Shown here in pieces: positions 59,225-64,000 of a DNA stretch of 64,000 bases. How positions within the stretch are numbered: position 1 is the stretch's first letter; every line of letters starts with the position of its first letter. The notes beneath the pieces were generated by a model, which was given only the letters and a program-made list of their open reading frames with translations, did no database searches and was not told the origin of the DNA. The position numbers and the translations under genes were made by a program. This DNA is from an uncultured Verrucomicrobiae bacterium (GTDB lineage Bacteria > Verrucomicrobiota > Verrucomicrobiia > Limisphaerales > Palsa-1400): positions 4,800,001-4,864,000 of the forward strand of contig OY969763.1 in NCBI GenBank assembly GCA_963702845.1, read 5' to 3'.

Positions 59225-60346
59225 CTAATCTCCCAAGGTAGTTCCAACAAGGCGCGCGGCTTTGACCCAGGGGTGGTCGAGAGTCACGATTTTGCGGCGG
59301 CCGGCGACTTGGCCCAGGGGAACTGGCGACGTGCCTTGACCGCGGGACGCAACCATGACGCCGAAGACGCCGTCGTTAATAAGATCAGCGCAGGCGGTCC
59401 CCAGGCGGGTGGCCAACAGACGGTCGGCGGCTGAAGGTGCGCCGCCGCGTTGCACGTAGCCGAGGATGGTGACGCGAGATTCGAGGCCGGTCAGTTCTTC
59501 CAATTGTTTGGAGAGACGCATGGTATTGCCGGTGTGAGCGGCTTCCCATTTCGCGAGCGCGGCCTTGCACTGTTTCTTTTCCGCTTTCGAAGTTGCGTTT
59601 GCTTTCCGTTGCTCGATGGCTGCCAGAGCTTGAGCGTCGGATTTGGACACTGCGCCTTCGGCCACCGCGACAATGCTGAACGGACTGCCGCTCCGGCTGC
59701 GATCGCGGATGGCTTCGGCAATTTTTTCGACGCGATAAGGAATTTCGGGAATGAGGATCACGTCGGCCCCCCCCGCTACGCCTGAACCCAAAGCCAACCA
59801 GCCAGCGCGGTGACCCATGATTTCGACGACAACGATGCGATGGTGGCTATGCGCGGTGCTGTGCAGTCGATCGATTGCTTCGGTAGCAATGCCAAGCGCA
59901 GTATCGAAACCGAAACTGGTGTCGGTATTGAAGACGTCGTTGTCGATCGTTTTGGGCAGCGTGATGATATTGAGCCCTTGTTGCTTGAGATAGAGCGCGT
60001 TTTTTTGCGTGCCGCCGCCGCCGAGGCAAACCAGGGCGGCGAGATGATGCTTTTCGTAGGTCGCAATGATGGCGTCGGTGGCATCGATTTCCTTGCCGCC
60101 AATTTGCATACGCTGGGGCTTGTCCCGACTGGTGCCAAGGATTGTGCCTCCGACAGTCAGGATCCCGGACAGCTCCGAATGATCGAGGAGCATAGTGCGG
60201 TTTTCCATAAGGCCACGAAAGCCGTCGCGAAAACCAATAACGCGCATGTCGAATTTTTGGTGGGCAGCTTTGCCGACACCGCGAATGGCTGCGTTCAGGC
60301 CGGGACAATCTCCGCCTGAAGTTAGGATGCCGATTGATTTAGGCAT
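59225..60346 (-). CDS. pfkA: 6-phosphofructokinase
   Basis: [40 protein letters not shown]. Confidence 0.93.
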   Translation of the reverse strand: MPKSIGILTSGGDCPGLNAAIRGVGKAAHQKFDMRVIGFRDGFRGLMENRTMLLDHSELSGILTVGGTILGTSRDKPQRMQIGGKEIDATDAIIATYEKHHLAALVCLGGGGTQKNALYLKQQGLNIITLPKTIDNDVFNTDTSFGFDTALGIATEAIDRLHSTAHSHHRIVVVEIMGHRAGWLALGSGVAGGADVILIPEIPYRVEKIAEAIRDRSRSGSPFSIVAVAEGAVSKSDAQALAAIEQRKANATSKAEKKQCKAALAKWEAAHTGNTMRLSKQLEELTGLESRVTILGYVQRGGAPSAADRLLATRLGTACADLINDGVFGVMVASRGQGTSPVPLGQVAGRRKIVTLDHPWVKAARLVGTTLGD

Positions 60347-60347
60347 G

Positions 60348-61211
60348 TTAGTTGTTCATGTGATGGAGACAGTGCGATATTCGCTCGTGAAACGCCGAAG
60401 GCGCAAGGTCAAATGTCTGGCGCGCAATTTTAAATGCGCGCCGTTGCAATTTGCGGCGAGCTTTTCGGATTTCACGTTTGACGACGCGAGTGTCGGGATC
60501 GGTGGCGTCTGACAACGCTCTCAGCACTAAATATAAATCATGATCATCACCGAGGTATTGGGTGAGGTCGTGCGCGTTTTGGCTGAGTCGTTTTAGCTTT
60601 TTTGGGGTCAGTGCGCCGGTCAATTCGAGGAGGTGCCAGAAAGTTTTGGCAGCTTTGCGCCATTCGTGCAACCTCGTGCCAATGGGAGCTTCGCGAACGT
60701 ATTTGAAACATTTGCGGTTGCGGCGGTAGCTGCACTTCAATGCCAAGGCGAGTTGCTTTTGATCCAAATCGCCAGTCGGCCACGTGGCCAATCGCCGTTG
60801 AGCAGCGTTTATCGCGGTGTTGAATTGTTTGATATGTTCGAAGCTTTGCGGCTTTAACTCAGTCTGGGCCTTTAGCAAACGTTGCCGCAGAACATGGCAA
60901 ACGCCGTTTTCCTTGCATGCGGATAGCCGTTTCAGTGCGAGCCATTGGACGTGAAGGTCGCGATTGGCGGCAATGACCCGAGCAGCATCGCGGAGCGCGT
61001 GATCCTCGTTGCGGACGGCGGATTTGGTTTTGTCGTTGCGGAGCAACTGCAGCACAGCCCGGAGGCGCTTGATGGCTTTGCGGGCGCTGTGAATGGATGT
61101 CGCGGAAATTTTTTGGGCCGAGGTGTGGTGGTTGGCGAACTGCAGTTGTTCGTCTGCAATTCGCTGGATCGCGGTTGACAGGGCTTCTTTCTTTTTGATG
61201 CAGAACTTCAT
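60348..61211 (-). CDS. CHAD-domain (polyphosphate-binding) protein
   Basis: [31 protein letters not shown]. Confidence 0.88.
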   Translation of the reverse strand: MKFCIKKKEALSTAIQRIADEQLQFANHHTSAQKISATSIHSARKAIKRLRAVLQLLRNDKTKSAVRNEDHALRDAARVIAANRDLHVQWLALKRLSACKENGVCHVLRQRLLKAQTELKPQSFEHIKQFNTAINAAQRRLATWPTGDLDQKQLALALKCSYRRNRKCFKYVREAPIGTRLHEWRKAAKTFWHLLELTGALTPKKLKRLSQNAHDLTQYLGDDHDLYLVLRALSDATDPDTRVVKREIRKARRKLQRRAFKIARQTFDLAPSAFHERISHCLHHMNN

Positions 61212-61714
61212 CGGCCCTTTGCCAGACGGGCGAGTTGGCGCGGCGTCATCAGCCATTTGAGGCACGCGCACTTGCCGGGTTTGAGGTCATCAACGCACAG
61301 TTTGCAAAACCCGGACTTTTTGAAATCGATGCTCATGTCGGGCCTGCCGGTAAGAAGGACCGACATCAAGTGACTCATGTGCGGCTCATGGCCGACGAGG
61401 ACGATCGATTTGTATTTCGAAAATTTTTGATCAATTTCGTGAATGACTTCCGCTGGGTCAGCTTCGGAAATTAAGGACTCCGTCATCTGCACTTTCCCGA
61501 TCTCGAGCACGTCATGCAAAATTTCTGCGGTTTTCGCCGCGCGGACATATGGGCTGGTCAAAATCAGCTCGAACTCCACATCAAGGCGTTTGATGCCGCG
61601 GGCGACTTCGCGCATCACATCTTCGCCTTCGGGGGTGAGCGGACGGATGGAGTCGGGCCGAAATTTCGGGCTGCGTTGATACGCTTTTCCGTGGCGAAGA
61701 AAAAACAGGTCCAT
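61208..61714 (-). CDS. sixA: Phosphohistidine phosphatase SixA
   Basis: LRHGKA, RPLT.EG, SPYVRA..TA, VGHEP. Confidence 0.9.
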   Translation of the reverse strand: MDLFFLRHGKAYQRSPKFRPDSIRPLTPEGEDVMREVARGIKRLDVEFELILTSPYVRAAKTAEILHDVLEIGKVQMTESLISEADPAEVIHEIDQKFSKYKSIVLVGHEPHMSHLMSVLLTGRPDMSIDFKKSGFCKLCVDDLKPGKCACLKWLMTPRQLARLAKGR

Positions 61715-61819
61715 AACCGGAAATATCGTTTGTGGCAACATCCGCGCAAGGGCAAGTTTTTTGTCACATAAATGTAACTCGCGCGCGGCAAAAACGTGCG
61801 TATATTACCTTTTCTTACT

Positions 61820-63955
61820 GTGCAGACTGACACTACCAGTCCACCCCGGTATTTTCTCAACCGCGAGTTGAGCTGGCTGGAATTCAACCAACGCGTCCTG
61901 GAACAGGCGCTCGACCCGAAAACTCCGCTGCTCGAACGCGTCAAGTTTTTCTGCATCACGAGTTCCAATCTCGACGAGTTCTTCGAAGTGCGCGTTGCGG
62001 GTTTGAAGCAACAGATCGAAGCCGAGGGCACCGGGCGAAGCATGGATGGGCTGACACCGACGGAGACGTTCAACGCGGTAACGAGGCGCGTCCGCCAAAT
62101 GATCGATCAACAGTTCGATTGTTGGCGAAATGAATTACAGCCCGAACTGGAACGGAATGGGATTCATTTCGTCGAGCCAAAGGATTTGTCGCCAGATGAG
62201 ATCCAGTGGCTGGATAATTTTTACCGCACAGAGATTCGTCCGGTGCTGACGCCGTTGGCGCTTGACCCGGCCCATCCGTTTCCCCAACTACTCAATAAAT
62301 CGCTCAACATCATTGTCGATTTGGAAGTGAAGCGGAACGGCGACCTTCTTCGCTACATGGCAGTTGTGCCGGTGCCGCGAATTCTGCCTCGATTGGTGAA
62401 ACTTCCCGGGAGCGGCACGGAGCGCAGATATATTTACCTCGGCCGCATCATCGGACAGTTTCTGAGCGACCTTTTCCCAGGTGGGACAATTCTTGGCTAT
62501 TGGCATTTCCGAGTCACCCGCAACAGCGAGCTTTACATTGATGAAGAGGAAATCGCCAACCTGCTCCAGGCCGTTGAAGCAGAATTGCGCCATCGACGTC
62601 GGGGTGACGCGGTGCGCCTGGAGATCGATCACCATGTTCGGCCCGAGATTTGCAAGGCGTTGCTTGGCACCTTGAAACTCACCGAGGACGACCTTTACCT
62701 CATCGATGGCCCAATTAATCCGACGCGGTTGATGGCGATTTATGAAGGCGACCACTCGCCTGAGTTGCGCGATCCGCCGTTTATGGGAGCGATCGCTCCG
62801 CGGTTTGTCGATCAACCGGATTTGTTCGACGTGATTCGAAAGGGTGATGTGCTGGTCCATCATCCTTACGAGAGTTTTGAAAGCACGGTGGATTTCATCG
62901 AACAGGCCGCGCTCGACCCGCATGTGCTCGCGATCAAACAGACGTTGTATCGAACCGGCGGTGACACGCGCATCACGCACGCGTTGATGGAAGCAGTGCA
63001 CAGCGGCAAGCAGGTGACGGCGGTGGTTGAACTACGCGCGCGTTTTGACGAAGCGAACAACATCAAGTGGGCGCGTCAACTGGAACAGGAAGGCGTCCAC
63101 GTTGTTTACGGCCTCGTCGGTTATAAAATTCACGGCAAGATGTGCCTCGTCGTTCGACGCGAAGGCAGCGCGATCAATCGTTACGTTCACCTCGGCACTG
63201 GGAATTACAATGCGGCCACGGCCCGCCTTTACACGGACATTGGATTGTTCACGTGCAACAAAGACTTCGCCGAAGACGCGACGAATTTCTTTAATTTGCT
63301 GACGGGCATCTGCCAATTTCAGGAAACGAAGCGCCTGATCGTCGCGCCGTTTCAATTGCACGACCGGATGCTCGAAATGATTCGCAATGAAGCGACAAAC
63401 GCCAAACAAGGTCTGCCGGCCCGTATCATTGCAAAAATCAATTCACTGGCGGACCCGGAAACTATTGAAGCGCTCTACGCGGCGTCTCGTGCCGGAGTTG
63501 AGATCGATTTAATTGTCCGCGGCATCTGCACGTTGCGGCCCCAAGTTCCCGGTCTAAGCGAGAACATCACCGTGCGCAGCATTGTCGATCGGTTCCTTGA
63601 ACATTCCCGTGTCTTTTATTTCGAAAATGCATCGCAGCCGCGCGTGTTTATCGGGAGCGCGGACTGGTTGCCGCGAAACTTTTTCCGACGCATTGAATTG
63701 GTTTTTCCAATTATCCACGGCTCCCTGGCTGATCGTTTAAAAGACCAGGTTCTGGACATGGCGCTGGCTGATAATTCGCATGCGTGGATTCTGCAGCCCG
63801 ACGGATCTTACCAACGAATTCACCCGAAACCGGGCAAGCCTACGCGCCGAAGTCAGCTCCAATTCATCCGCATGGTTTCAGAACCAGCGAAGCCCACCGT
63901 GCAGAAGCGCAGAAAATACCCGCGCGTAAAAGTGGCACCCAGACCGACCAAATAA
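61820..63955 (+). CDS. ppk1: Polyphosphate kinase 1
   Basis: NRELSWLEFN.RVL, SNLDEFF, HHPYESF, IKQTLYR, ARFDE, GTGNYN, RFLEH.R. Confidence 0.97.
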   Translation: MQTDTTSPPRYFLNRELSWLEFNQRVLEQALDPKTPLLERVKFFCITSSNLDEFFEVRVAGLKQQIEAEGTGRSMDGLTPTETFNAVTRRVRQMIDQQFDCWRNELQPELERNGIHFVEPKDLSPDEIQWLDNFYRTEIRPVLTPLALDPAHPFPQLLNKSLNIIVDLEVKRNGDLLRYMAVVPVPRILPRLVKLPGSGTERRYIYLGRIIGQFLSDLFPGGTILGYWHFRVTRNSELYIDEEEIANLLQAVEAELRHRRRGDAVRLEIDHHVRPEICKALLGTLKLTEDDLYLIDGPINPTRLMAIYEGDHSPELRDPPFMGAIAPRFVDQPDLFDVIRKGDVLVHHPYESFESTVDFIEQAALDPHVLAIKQTLYRTGGDTRITHALMEAVHSGKQVTAVVELRARFDEANNIKWARQLEQEGVHVVYGLVGYKIHGKMCLVVRREGSAINRYVHLGTGNYNAATARLYTDIGLFTCNKDFAEDATNFFNLLTGICQFQETKRLIVAPFQLHDRMLEMIRNEATNAKQGLPARIIAKINSLADPETIEALYAASRAGVEIDLIVRGICTLRPQVPGLSENITVRSIVDRFLEHSRVFYFENASQPRVFIGSADWLPRNFFRRIELVFPIIHGSLADRLKDQVLDMALADNSHAWILQPDGSYQRIHPKPGKPTRRSQLQFIRMVSEPAKPTVQKRRKYPRVKVAPRPTK

Positions 63956-64000
63956 AGCGACCTCGCACCAAACGTCGATATTTCTTCATTGGCGGCGCAA

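Overview
Bacterial chromosomal window; gene content and repeat style suggest Verrucomicrobiota, possibly Pedosphaerales-like (inference). Housekeeping flanks (ptsI, sppA, prfB, trpC | queG, aroK, tilS | sialic-acid catabolism cluster, pfkA, CHAD, sixA, ppk1) enclose two tRNA-integrated elements. Element 1 (14643-43708, about 29 kb, 55-bp direct repeats of the initiator tRNA-Met 3' end) encodes an integrase, a defence-like block (GIY-YIG-RAMA, ART-fold protein, HigBA), a QatB/QatC(QueC)-like pair, primase and helicase, and a head/packaging module (TerS, TerL, portal, scaffold, major capsid, head-tail adaptor). I recognise no tail or lysis genes in it. Around its portal gene lie two short arrays of integron-type gene cassettes (attC sites, attI-like ends) with no integron integrase in the window. 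Eight same-orientation copies of a small covarying hairpin motif are scattered through it. Element 2 (47364-54628, about 7.3 kb, tRNA-Arg CCT) is a PICI/satellite-like element with an Abi-alpha-like cargo gene. Several single-base frameshifts look like sequencing or assembly indels. All family calls come from motif recognition by eye, not from database searches.
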